The position numbers and the translations under genes are program-made. Source: Gammaproteobacteria bacterium (GTDB taxonomy: Bacteria > Pseudomonadota > Gammaproteobacteria > Pseudomonadales > Halieaceae). From it: a DNA stretch of 64,000 nucleotides. The stretch lies in contig JAUICG010000004.1 of assembly GCA_030427485.1 (NCBI GenBank), forward strand, positions 122,955 through 186,954, read 5' to 3'. The first letter of the stretch is position 1. Each line of letters starts with the position of its first letter. This document shows positions 8,798 to 17,955 of the stretch, in pieces. The notes under the pieces are model-generated. The model ran no database searches and was not told the origin of the DNA. It worked only from the letters and a program-made list of their open reading frames with translations.

Positions 8798-11700
8798 TCA
8801 ATCGCATCATTGATGCTTCCTTGAAGGATCGTGTAATGGTTCTTCTCGTAACGGCAATTGTAGCCGTCGTCGGATACTTCTCGTACGCCAATGCGCCGCT
8901 GGACGCTATCCCGGATCTATCGGATGTGCAAGTTATCATACTGACCAAGTATCCCGGGCAGGCGCCACAAGTCGTAGAGGATCAGGTTACGTACCCATTG
9001 ACGACAGCGATGCTGGCAGTACCGGATACGAAAGTGGTTCGCGGCTATTCATTTTTCGGTCTTTCATTTGTCTACATCATATTTGAGGATAACGTTGATA
9101 TGTATTGGGCGCGCTCGCGCGTGCTCGAATCAATCAACTATGTAAGTGGAAGCTTGCCCGACGGGATAAGCCCTACGCTTGGACCGGATGCAACGGGGGT
9201 GGGTTGGGTCTATGAATATGCCTTAGTAGACAGAACCGGCCAACACGACCTCTCTGAGCTTCGCTCCCTGCAGGACTGGTACCTGCGCTATCCACTACAA
9301 ACTGTAAAGGGTGTTTCCGAGGTTGCCTCCGTGGGTGGCTTTGTGAAGCAGTACCAGGTAGAGGTCGATCCTAATGCAATGGCTCGTTACAAGATCCCAT
9401 TGCATAAAGTAAGGATGGCTCTAAAAGAGTCAAATAAAGACGTGGGTGGCCGCTTGGTTGAGCTGGCTGAAACCGAATACATGGTAAGAGGCCGAGGCTA
9501 TATTCAGGGCGTGGATGATATCAAATCCATTCCTGTCGGTGTCGATGGCTCGGGCACGCCCATCCGTATACAAGATATTGCAAATGTACAAATAGGGCCC
9601 GAGCTACGACGTGGGCTGGTAGACCTGAATGGCGAAGGTGAGGTGGCAGGCGGGGTCGTGATAATGCGCTTTGGCGAGAACGCGCTGGCAACGATACAGG
9701 GTGTTCGCGCGAAACTGGAAGAGTTAAAGACCGGACTACCCGATGGTGTAGAAATAGTGCCCGTCTATGATCGCGGAGACTTGATTGAGCGCGCGGTGGA
9801 GAGCCTTAATAGTTCTTTGCTCCAGGAACTGGTCATCGTCAGTTTGGTTGTCATTCTATTCCTGCTGCATGTACGTTCCGCATTCGTTGCAATAATTACC
9901 CTGCCACTTGGGATACTTATGGCTTTTATCGTGATGCGATTTCAGGGACTCAACGCGAACATTATGTCTTTGGGCGGTATTGCGATCACTATCGGTACGA
10001 TGGTTGACGGCGCTATTGTGATGGTAGAGAACGCCCACAAACACCTTGCTGAGGCGGGTAAAGAAAAGGGTGATGTATTGACTAGTGAAGAACGATGGGA
10101 GGTTATTGGTCAGTCAAGTCGCGAAGTGGGACCAGCACTATTCTTCTCGCTGTTGATCATAACAGTTTCCTTTCTGCCAATATTTACCATGCAAGCGCAG
10201 GAAGGCAGGCTATTTAGCCCGCTGGCGTTTACCGCGACCTATGCGATGGCTGCCGCGGCCATTCTTTCGGTGACGCTGGTTCCCGTCATGATGGGATACT
10301 TCCTGGGTGGCAAGATTATTTCTGAAAAAGCTAACCCGGTGAATCGATTGATGCATGCGTTACACACACCGGCTCTATCGTTTCTCATGAAACACAGGGG
10401 TATCACCCTCTTATGCGCGATCATCATTCTTGGAATCACTGCTTACCCCTATAGCAAGCTCGGTAGCGAATTTATGCCGCCACTGGATGAAGGCGACATA
10501 CTATACATGCCGACAACTTTCCCAGGAATCTCAATCACCAAGGCAAAAGAGCTATTGCAACAGACTGATCGTATTCTGGCGACGTTTCCCGAGGTTCATC
10601 ATGTTTTCGGTAAAGTAGGTCGAGCGCAATCGGCCACTGATTCAGCGCCACTCTCCATGATAGAAACAACTATTCGACTCAAGCCCAAAGATGAGTGGCC
10701 AGATCCGAATAAGACAACTAAGGATTTGATGAATGAAATGGACAAGGCGATCAAATTCCCCGGGGTGGCCAATGCCTGGACAATGCCTATCAAGACTCGC
10801 ATCGATATGTTGTCTACCGGCATCAAGACACCGATAGGTATCAAGGTGTCGGGCCCTGACCTGGGTATATTGCAGGACATTTCAAAAAGTATTGAGCAAG
10901 CCATGAAGACAATCCCGGATACGCTTTCAGCATTCGGTGACAGGGCAGTGGGCGGGTATTACCTGGATTTTGATATTAACAGGGAGTCTGCCGCGCGCTA
11001 TGGTTTGACGGTCGGGCAGGTTCAAGACGTCATTACGAGCGCGATTGGCGGAATGAACGTGACAGAAACCATTGAGGGTCTTGAGCGTTACCCTGTCAAT
11101 GTACGCTACCCACGGGCGTTAAGGGGGGATATGGAAGCGCTGCAGCGTGTGCTTATCCCAACGCCGACAGGCGCACAAATTCCGTTGGCAATGGTGGTGG
11201 ATATTGCCTATAACCGCGGACCGCCTGTGATCAAATCGGAGGACGCTAGACCTAATGCATGGATCTATGTGGATATATCTACTTCTGACATCGGCGGCTT
11301 TGTCCGTCAGGCCAAACAAGTTGTTGCCGACCAGGTTGAAATTCCTGCGGGCTATACTATAAGTTGGTCCGGCCAATTTGAGTACATGGAGCGAGCGGAG
11401 GCCCGACTAAAAATCGTTGCTCCAGCGACACTGCTAATTATTTTTATACTGTTGTATTTGAACTTCAGAAATGTGTTTGAGCCCATTGTAGTGATGATCT
11501 CGATCCCATTTGGGCTGGTCGGCGGTATTTGGTTAATCTACATCAATGACTACAATATTTCGGTTGCAGTAGCTGTGGGGTTTATTGCCCTCGCAGGGAT
11601 GGCTGCTGAGATTGGTGTATTGGTCCTTACCTTTATTGATGAGGAGATTGCCGTCGCTCGAAAAGAGTTAGAAGGAACACTGAGTGTAGAGGCAATAAAG

Positions 11701-11955
11701 ACAGCAGCACTATCGGCGACTTCAAAACGAGTCAGACCCGTGGTGATGACGGCGGTTTCGACGATGGCCGGTTTGATCCCGATTATGTTGAGCTCCGGCA
11801 CCGGATCTGATGTCACCCACAGGATCGCAGCACCGATGCTCGGCGGAATGGTAACCGTTCTAGTACTAAACCTGCTGGTATTGCCAATTATCTATAGCTT
11901 TGTCTTGCAATGGAGGGAGAGTGGAACCACAGAAACCACGGCAAGTTATGAGTAA
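8794..11955 (+). CDS. cusA: Heavy-metal efflux RND permease (CusA/CzcA family)
   Basis: 1053 aa with 12-TM RND architecture. The ATGA overlap with the cusB stop suggests coupling. N-terminus MINRIIDASLKDRVMVLLVTA is typical of the CusA family. Confidence 0.95.
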   Translation: MINRIIDASLKDRVMVLLVTAIVAVVGYFSYANAPLDAIPDLSDVQVIILTKYPGQAPQVVEDQVTYPLTTAMLAVPDTKVVRGYSFFGLSFVYIIFEDNVDMYWARSRVLESINYVSGSLPDGISPTLGPDATGVGWVYEYALVDRTGQHDLSELRSLQDWYLRYPLQTVKGVSEVASVGGFVKQYQVEVDPNAMARYKIPLHKVRMALKESNKDVGGRLVELAETEYMVRGRGYIQGVDDIKSIPVGVDGSGTPIRIQDIANVQIGPELRRGLVDLNGEGEVAGGVVIMRFGENALATIQGVRAKLEELKTGLPDGVEIVPVYDRGDLIERAVESLNSSLLQELVIVSLVVILFLLHVRSAFVAIITLPLGILMAFIVMRFQGLNANIMSLGGIAITIGTMVDGAIVMVENAHKHLAEAGKEKGDVLTSEERWEVIGQSSREVGPALFFSLLIITVSFLPIFTMQAQEGRLFSPLAFTATYAMAAAAILSVTLVPVMMGYFLGGKIISEKANPVNRLMHALHTPALSFLMKHRGITLLCAIIILGITAYPYSKLGSEFMPPLDEGDILYMPTTFPGISITKAKELLQQTDRILATFPEVHHVFGKVGRAQSATDSAPLSMIETTIRLKPKDEWPDPNKTTKDLMNEMDKAIKFPGVANAWTMPIKTRIDMLSTGIKTPIGIKVSGPDLGILQDISKSIEQAMKTIPDTLSAFGDRAVGGYYLDFDINRESAARYGLTVGQVQDVITSAIGGMNVTETIEGLERYPVNVRYPRALRGDMEALQRVLIPTPTGAQIPLAMVVDIAYNRGPPVIKSEDARPNAWIYVDISTSDIGGFVRQAKQVVADQVEIPAGYTISWSGQFEYMERAEARLKIVAPATLLIIFILLYLNFRNVFEPIVVMISIPFGLVGGIWLIYINDYNISVAVAVGFIALAGMAAEIGVLVLTFIDEEIAVARKELEGTLSVEAIKTAALSATSKRVRPVVMTAVSTMAGLIPIMLSSGTGSDVTHRIAAPMLGGMVTVLVLNLLVLPIIYSFVLQWRESGTTETTASYE

Positions 11956-12091
11956 CGTACCTGCTACATCAGGAAAACATTATGAATAGACTATCGGCTG
12001 CAGAAACCCGAGAGTGCAGTCGACACACGCGAGACCTTGTTTCATATTCAGAGGGGTGCAAACTCAGAAGGGTAATTAGTACGGGTGGATT

Positions 12092-12541
12092 ATGGCCATA
12101 GCAATTACCCTCGCGTTTTGTCTTGTCGCCGCAACATTTTTCTTTCACTACCGGTGTTTACTCTGGCTTGGTGAAAGCGTTCCCAGACTGAGCTCACAGT
12201 CGCAAGCGGGAGTATTGATGATTATTCTGGCCCTCTTTTGTGCGCACATTGTGGAGATTGCACTGTACGCGCTGGGCTACGCAGGGCTGGTCGAGTTTCT
12301 CGAGCTTGGCAGCTTTAATGGCGGCTCAATTGATGAGCCGTTGGACTACCTGTACTACTCTGGAGTAATGTTCACTTCTCTGGGCATTGGGGATATATAT
12401 CCCGATGGCCATATTCGATTTGTAACCTTTATTGAAGCGCTTAATGGTCTCATGCTGGTAACCTGGTCGGCATCATTTACGTTTCTGGCAATGGGTCGTC
12501 TGTGGCCTGACGCTTGTTGCAGTACTGACAGAGGTTCGTGA
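12092..12541 (+). CDS. Small two-TM ion-channel (Ion_trans_2/K+-channel-like pore) protein
   Basis: 149 aa. Pore-loop-like sequence YYSGVMFTSLGIGDIYP (TxGxGD-type filter) flanked by hydrophobic helices. Confidence 0.65.
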   Translation: MAIAITLAFCLVAATFFFHYRCLLWLGESVPRLSSQSQAGVLMIILALFCAHIVEIALYALGYAGLVEFLELGSFNGGSIDEPLDYLYYSGVMFTSLGIGDIYPDGHIRFVTFIEALNGLMLVTWSASFTFLAMGRLWPDACCSTDRGS

Positions 12542-12674
12542 ACCCTGACTTACCATCGTTGCTAAATCAGTCTTGCTAGCACAGCGAATGTGATTGCAAA
12601 GCATGTCAGGGATAACTGATCAAATAGACCATATATTAGTGACGCGGCGCGCCACGCACAAGTGTGATGAGGAA

Positions 12675-13124
12675 TTACCGCGGAGCGTAATAGGGAGAAA
12701 GTTCCTCAACAATATCATCCACCTTTACTACGGATTTTGAAACAACTGGCCACGGCCCACCCGTCTTTTTGTCAGAATATCGCTTAAGTTCAGGCATCAT
12801 ACTCATTAGCGTTTCGAAGATTGGCTGCGTTTCCATCTTGCTTTTACCATCTTCGAGCGCTTGAGATAAGTCATTAGCGACACTCACGAAGTGGCGGACA
12901 TGATACCGAAATTCCAAATGACCGCTGGAACTCGCGTCGTCGTATTTGGGTGGTGACATACGACATTCGATGCTTAATTGTCGTGCCGCCGCAAATAGAT
13001 CGTCCGATAATTGCAACACAGCTGAGGCGTTCCAAGGTTTCATCTCAGCGCGAACCAGAGGTGCTACTCCTAGAGCCATGATAATGATAATAAGGTAGAT
13101 AGTGCGATTTCTTACGCTATTCAT
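12675..13124 (-). CDS. Secreted hypothetical protein
   Basis: 149 aa. Signal peptide MNSVRNRTIYLIIIIMALGVAPLVRA/EM. No recognisable domain. Confidence 0.55.
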   Translation of the reverse strand: MNSVRNRTIYLIIIIMALGVAPLVRAEMKPWNASAVLQLSDDLFAAARQLSIECRMSPPKYDDASSSGHLEFRYHVRHFVSVANDLSQALEDGKSKMETQPIFETLMSMMPELKRYSDKKTGGPWPVVSKSVVKVDDIVEELSPYYAPR

Positions 13125-13160
13125 GGTAACCCCCTGAAGAACTAAGTCAACGTATATAGC

Positions 13161-13439
13161 TTACTGTAGGTTTTTCATCTTGCGATGGTCATGACGCTTA
13201 GTGGTTGATTTGGCTGGTTCGCATTTCGCTTTCGAATCGGTAGCAGTGTCTTTGTCGGTGGCCTTTTTTCCGCTTGGTTTGCAATCTTCACGGGCCTTAT
13301 CGTCCTTGGGTACTGAGCTGATCCCACTACCCTTTGTCATTTGATGGTCGTGTGTCGCGGGTTCTGCTGCTTGGGCTACTATCGGGCCGAAAATCATCGT
13401 AAGAATAAACAAGATGGAAACGACTTTCTTAGTGTGCAT
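13161..13439 (-). CDS. Small secreted, highly charged His/Asp/Lys-rich protein
   Basis: 92 aa. Signal peptide ...ILTMIFGPIVAQA/AE. The mature part is low-complexity with HDHQM and KRHDHRKM. A cop-box-like operator lies ~150 nt upstream. Confidence 0.55.
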   Translation of the reverse strand: MHTKKVVSILFILTMIFGPIVAQAAEPATHDHQMTKGSGISSVPKDDKAREDCKPSGKKATDKDTATDSKAKCEPAKSTTKRHDHRKMKNLQ

Positions 13440-13585
13440 TTGAATTACCTCTAATCAATGTTTACGTTAGGGCCATTGTTGGTCATTGAGACGATGAGAA
13501 ATTTCACGGGCTCAACCTGCCCGTCGGATTCCGGCATGTCTGATCGGCACGACTTGTAGGATAGCAATTGATATCTGACGCGAGG

Positions 13586-13612
13586 ATTACCTTGAAATTA
13601 CAGTTGTGTAAG
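13586..13612. promoter_or_regulatory. Second cop/cus-box-like operator
   Basis: ATTACCttgaaATTACAgttgTGTAAG. It has the same 11-nt direct-repeat spacing and the same N4-spaced palindrome as 1635-1661. It lies upstream of the minus-strand gene 13161-13439. Confidence 0.45.
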
Positions 13613-14006
13613 CTTCTCGACATGTGGTTGGCCTACCGGCAAGTTGCCAAAGCCGATCACTAGCGCTTGTTCATTGGCAAGGAGTATAAAACTGTAGCGG
13701 TCGCCCTCTTGACCGATACTGGCCATACGAAATTAGAAGCGGTGTGTTGGTAACATCCCATAACGATCAAACTGCTTTTCCCATTATAAAAGAGAGGATC
13801 GAAAGCGCAGTTGTCGATGAAACTTTCGGTTACGGTTGTTATATGGCATCACCAACATATTGAGCGCCGATGCAACTGCGTCATGGAAGGCAATATGCCC
13901 AATACCGATTGAGCTGTCCTGGTGCTTATCGTTAGTTGTCGTAGCGAAATCAACACCGCGGGCGGCCATGGGTGAGTAGCTTTGGAGAGCGGTGTGTTCG
14001 GGTTCA

Positions 14007-14129
14007 ATGAAGCAGGCTCAGAGATTCGTCACGGCCCATGCCGCAGTTCAGAATCTTTTCAACCTTGGCAGGCTATTGGTCAGCGCTCAGCACTATCGGA
14101 ATCTCAGGGTAAGTGCGTTCGTTGAGTGA
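14007..14129 (+). mobile_element. IS6-family transposase C-terminal remnant
   Basis: The 40-codon frame MKQAQRFVTAHAAVQNLFNLGRLLVSAQHYRNLRVSAFVE* resembles the (GFKS)...AQRF..HAAV.N.FN..RH tail of IS6-family transposases as I remember it. There is no catalytic domain and no IRs. Confidence 0.4.
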
Positions 14130-14209
14130 TTAGGACAGGCGTCTGAGATCCGGGGCTAGATTTCTGCAGCCTGGAAAAGTTAACTTGCCGATACCCCCTC
14201 GAGTCATTA

Positions 14210-14693
14210 ATCAAGCGTTCCGAGGCCAACGCCGATCAGGATTTCGGCATGAAGGCGCATATCTCCGTCGACAGCAAAACCCGACTCATTTCACTCGGTG
14301 GTGGCGACCGCGGCCAACGTGCACGATTCCCAGGTATTGCCTGACTTGCTTCACAGCGAAGAAACGCGGGTTTGGGGCGACTGGGTCTATGCCGGCCAAA
14401 ACAGACTATTACGCGCCCCGCGCTCAAGACTTCACTCAGGCCAAAGGCAGCCGGAATCGAAAGCTGGCCGGAGAGGAGCGCGCCAAAAACCGGAACAAAT
14501 CGCGCGTTCGCGCACGTTTGGAACATCAGTTCGGTATTATCAAACGGCAGTTTGGCTTCAACTAAGTCCGCTACCGTGGGCTGGCCAAAAATGGTCATCG
14601 CCTGTTCGTCGCGTGTGCCCTGAGCAACCTTGCTGTTGCCAAGAAGGCGCTGCTGGGTAGAAACCGAATGGAAATGCAGGGAAGTTGCGCCTA
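14210..14693 (+). pseudogene. IS5-family transposase, C-terminal part, frameshifted
   Basis: Three frames together read ...FGMKAHISVDSKTRLI / VATAANVHDSQVLPDLLHSEETRVWGD.VYAGQ / APRAQDFTQAKGSRNRKLAGEERAKNRNKSRVRARLEHQFGIIKRQFGFN / VRYRGLAKNGHRLFVACALSNLAVAKKALL. This is the classic IS5 DDE C-terminal half, interrupted by frameshifts. Confidence 0.8.
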
Positions 14694-14954
14694 ATACGCA
14701 GCAAATTGGGGCCCTGTTGCCCCGAAGGACGGAATAGGCCGGAGATTCCCTACGACGTTTCCTCGGAACCGCCACAGGAATGATGAAAAGTTGAAGGTAT
14801 TGGATTTGTCCGATGTACATCGGTAATTAATCAGATGACTCCTAGTAGAGTCGCGCAGGGTTTCGAACTGCCCAGCGAGGAACAGGTAGATCGCGAGTGA
14901 CGACAGCAGATAGGCGATGAGCAGCGTGAGCGGCTGTTGTGGCGTACATCCGAC

Positions 14955-15911
14955 CTACCGACCGAGCCCCGGGCCTACACGGTATGAAAAGATTTCCACC
15001 AACGGCTTCTCCGCGAACACTTTTAGTGAGAGAAGCTCGTGGTCTGGAGTTCTCTCAAAAAAATGGTCCGTGCACTGGGTACCTAGGTTCCAAGCTTGGG
15101 CGCGATCAATCGCGGGATCAGCTATGTTCAGTCTGAATGCTCCTGACATCACCATACCGTCGCTGATATATTCGATCGAGGCCCTTATGCTGGTGCCTAC
15201 CGCGATTTTCTCTTCTGGATCATCGAACGAGCGGCCCAAGGCTGCGGTGAAGACTTCGATCTTTCTATCTTCCGACAGACAGACCAGGCTTCGCAGTCCC
15301 ATCAACCCAATAGCGGACCTGGTCGCATTAATAACGTTGGAAAACGCGGCCACCGCCGTCCGAATGTCAGGCACGCTGGTTGGAAATGTCACCCGCATCG
15401 CATCAATGCGGTGCCCATCGTAAGGGAGTCTATGAATCAATAGCGCGAGACTGAAATTGTTCTTGTGCGCCTGCGCCACGAAGGCCTGCATCACTTCGGG
15501 TTGATAAGTCCGCAAAAACAGCTCTTCGAGCAGGATATAACCGCACACCGCGCCAAGGAAGCGAGCCTCCAGCTCGTACCTCTTGACATTGTTCGGATCC
15601 CATCGACGGGGACTGTTTAGCGAGTGATGGCGTAGCTCACCGCGCAAGAGGATAATTTCTTCAACAAGCTTCGAGACATCGCTCTCATCGCAGTCTTCGA
15701 CTGGGAGCCGACTGCTCTTTACCGCGAACTCAGCCTTGAAACTCCCCACAGCCGACTTGAGTTTGTCGACGAATACAGTCTCGCCCAGCAAACGCCTGAC
15801 CTGCTCCCTCTGCTTCGTCTTGCCGTCGCAGTAGCGTGTTTCAAGAAACAAGAAATAGCCATTGTAGGCGTCCACGTTCCGGCCCGCGGATTTCGCGATA
15901 GTGCGCAACAT
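14955..15911 (-). CDS. Hypothetical protein (downstream half of a possibly split gene)
   Basis: 318-aa ORF with ordinary amino-acid composition. It overlaps the upstream ORF by 71 nt in another frame. Contains ...EEIILLRGELRHHSLN (an Rx4H string; very weak HEPN-like hint). Confidence 0.5.
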   Translation of the reverse strand: MLRTIAKSAGRNVDAYNGYFLFLETRYCDGKTKQREQVRRLLGETVFVDKLKSAVGSFKAEFAVKSSRLPVEDCDESDVSKLVEEIILLRGELRHHSLNSPRRWDPNNVKRYELEARFLGAVCGYILLEELFLRTYQPEVMQAFVAQAHKNNFSLALLIHRLPYDGHRIDAMRVTFPTSVPDIRTAVAAFSNVINATRSAIGLMGLRSLVCLSEDRKIEVFTAALGRSFDDPEEKIAVGTSIRASIEYISDGMVMSGAFRLNIADPAIDRAQAWNLGTQCTDHFFERTPDHELLSLKVFAEKPLVEIFSYRVGPGLGR

Positions 15912-16380
15912 CTTCCAGTCTGGCCGAAGCTTCTTCCTTCATCAAAAATGCACGGGCGATGTGCTCGAACTCTATAGGATTTAGGTCCTTCTCGCCCGCG
16001 GCGTGATGAAACGAGGTCACTTGAATCGCGGAACGCTCGGATTCGTTCTCAGGCGTGAACGTTGAGCTGACATCGTCAAAGTCGATATCGATAACCAGGT
16101 ACGAAGCCAGGACAGCCTGCCATTCACGGAGTTCGCGCTCTGCTAAAACCTTATAGAAACCGCTCTCGAGAGAGAGCGTGTGTTTAGCGCCATTGTCAGT
16201 AGACGATGTTTGTGTGAATTTGGGAGCGTGTTTGACATCGATACCCCTGCGCACGATACCCGCCGAAGTTAGAAGTCCATTGTCTGTCTGCAGGAAGAGT
16301 GTGCTTTCCTTCGTTTCGACGGGAAAATGCGGTGCAATTCTGACTCTGTTCCTTATTTTGAAAGATATCGTAACTATCAA
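15841..16380 (-). CDS. Hypothetical protein (upstream half of a possibly split gene)
   Basis: 179-aa ORF. Its last 24 codons and the first 24 codons of ORF 14955-15911 read the same 71 nt (15841-15911) in two frames. This is consistent with a frameshifted ~490-aa gene or two overlapping genes. Confidence 0.45.
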   Translation of the reverse strand: MIVTISFKIRNRVRIAPHFPVETKESTLFLQTDNGLLTSAGIVRRGIDVKHAPKFTQTSSTDNGAKHTLSLESGFYKVLAERELREWQAVLASYLVIDIDFDDVSSTFTPENESERSAIQVTSFHHAAGEKDLNPIEFEHIARAFLMKEEASARLEDVAHYREIRGPERGRLQWLFLVS

Positions 16381-16437
16381 TGTCTACTCTCGTGTCCAAG
16401 TTTTTACTGATCCTGCCCACCAACAGTGGACACGTAC

Positions 16438-17160
16438 CTAAGCGACGTCTTCTGCCTCCAACGCTGCCGGGCAAATAAAGCCGTTGGCGTTGTGTCGGCG
16501 GTTTCAATTGTAGTCCACTTCGATGTACTCGAACACGGTCTGCCGCATCTCCTCTCTCTCGGAGAATCTGTCCCCATGAATGGCCTCTACCTTGAACGAG
16601 TGGAGGAAGCTATCGGCACAGGCATTGTCGTAACAGTTGCCCATGGCGCTCATACTGCATAACAGATCGTGCTCCCGGATTAACTGCTGGTAGGCGCCCG
16701 AACATTACTGGCTGTCGCGATCCGAATGCACAATGACTCCGGTGGGCATGTGGCGCCGCCACAGGGCCATCTGTAGCTCGTCACAAACCAGTTGCGCGGT
16801 CATTCGCTCGGACATGGCCCAGCCGACGACTAGACTCGAATACAGTTCGATAACCACCGGCAGATACAACCAGCCCTCCTCAGTCCAAAGATAGGTGATG
16901 TCACCCACGTATTTCTGGTTACGCCCGGTGGCCGAGAAGTCCTGCTGCAACAGGTTCGGTGCCACGGGCAAATTGTGCCGGGAATTCGTGGTCGCCTTGA
17001 ATTTCTCCGTGGCCTTGGCCCGCAAGCCCTGCCGCCGCAGGCTCTCCGCGAAGGTCTTTCGGTCATGCCGGTATCCAGCCTCTTCCATATCCCGCACCAG
17101 CCAGGGTGCCCCCGAGCGGCCTTTGCGAGCGTAAGCTTCCCCATATCGAAGACAGGACAT
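16438..17160 (-). pseudogene. IS3-family transposase OrfB (rve integrase core) with two in-frame nonsense codons
   Basis: A single frame reads ...[36 protein letters not shown]...[58 protein letters not shown]...[17 protein letters not shown]... The in-frame stops are TAA at 16707-16705 and a TGA further on. OrfA and the IRs are not recognisable upstream. Confidence 0.85.
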
Positions 17161-17566
17161 ATTTAGAGCACTTTTGGCAGCACTCCCGGAGCAGTACGTG
17201 TTCGAGGCGGGATGTCAGGTAGGCCTCGATATCCCGGTGAACATGGTCAGGCAGGCATTGCCCCGTTGGGTCAGTTGGCTCACCAAGGCAGGGTAATGCG
17301 CTTTGACGAGTCAGTGGAGCTGTGTCTGCTCGGGTTGATGGCGCTCGTAGGTGGTGTGGCCAGGGCTGTGGAATCCCTGTGGTAAAAGTAAATCTGGGAC
17401 CATCTTCCCACCCTTTCGCGCCACCTAATGCCCATCGCAATGTATTATGTCTCTGATACTGAAGGCATTAGCGGGCATTCGCAGGCGTTAGATTTGACCC
17501 CTGAAATTTCGATTCCCTCGGCTCCAGGGTGTTTAGTGAGGGACAGAGAAAATATTTTTAAGAAAA

Positions 17567-17673
17567 TTTTGAGCATGGTATTTTTCATGGTATTACCAAT
17601 TATCATGAAAGTAAGGCTATGATAATAAAAGAGAAAAAAGTCTTATTTATAATCGAGTGGGAGTGACCGGAAT
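17567..17673 (+). repeat. Island repeat element, copy A
   Basis: ttttGAGCATGGTATTTTTCATGGTATT - AT-rich ~55 nt - aagtcTTATTTATAATCGAGTGGGAGTGACCGG. It lies 283 nt upstream of the 1792-aa gene and just right of the IS3 remnant. Confidence 0.9.
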
Positions 17674-17955
17674 TGATGAATTTTGGTTGTTATTGATTTG
17701 CATTACTCGAATTTCAGGCTCTCAGCTCCCATCTAAATACTGCGCGTGGAAGCCCCAAGCCAAGGTACAGATTAGCGTTGTGTATCGTCTCGACAAGCGC
17801 ATTACGTTTTTGTCCACGCCGGTGTTTGGCCTATGCGAATATGAGCTGGTTCAAGAACCTTTCTGGGGCTACAGATTGGTGGTGACTTTGTGGGAGAATT
17901 GGTGAGTCAGTCAAACGGGCGCTAGTCGCTATCTACAGCATCTTGGAAATTAACG

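Noticed and set aside
11981-12097. 38-codon ORF between cusA and the ion-channel gene
   Set aside because: No RBS and no recognisable features. It is probably a chance ORF in the intergenic region.
13620-13969. Minus-strand fragments (61-aa ORF 13784-13969 with IGIGHIAFHD, and a ~40-codon frame around 13620-13745) as a decayed VOC/glyoxalase-type gene
   Set aside because: Only a short HIAFH-like string supports it. That is too little sequence to assign a family or even to be sure it is a gene remnant.
17063-17905. ORFs 17063-17440 (-), 17428-17622 (+) and 17657-17905 (+)
   Set aside because: No protein-like features. The first covers the degenerate left part of the IS3 remnant. The other two run through repeat copy A and AT-rich spacer DNA.
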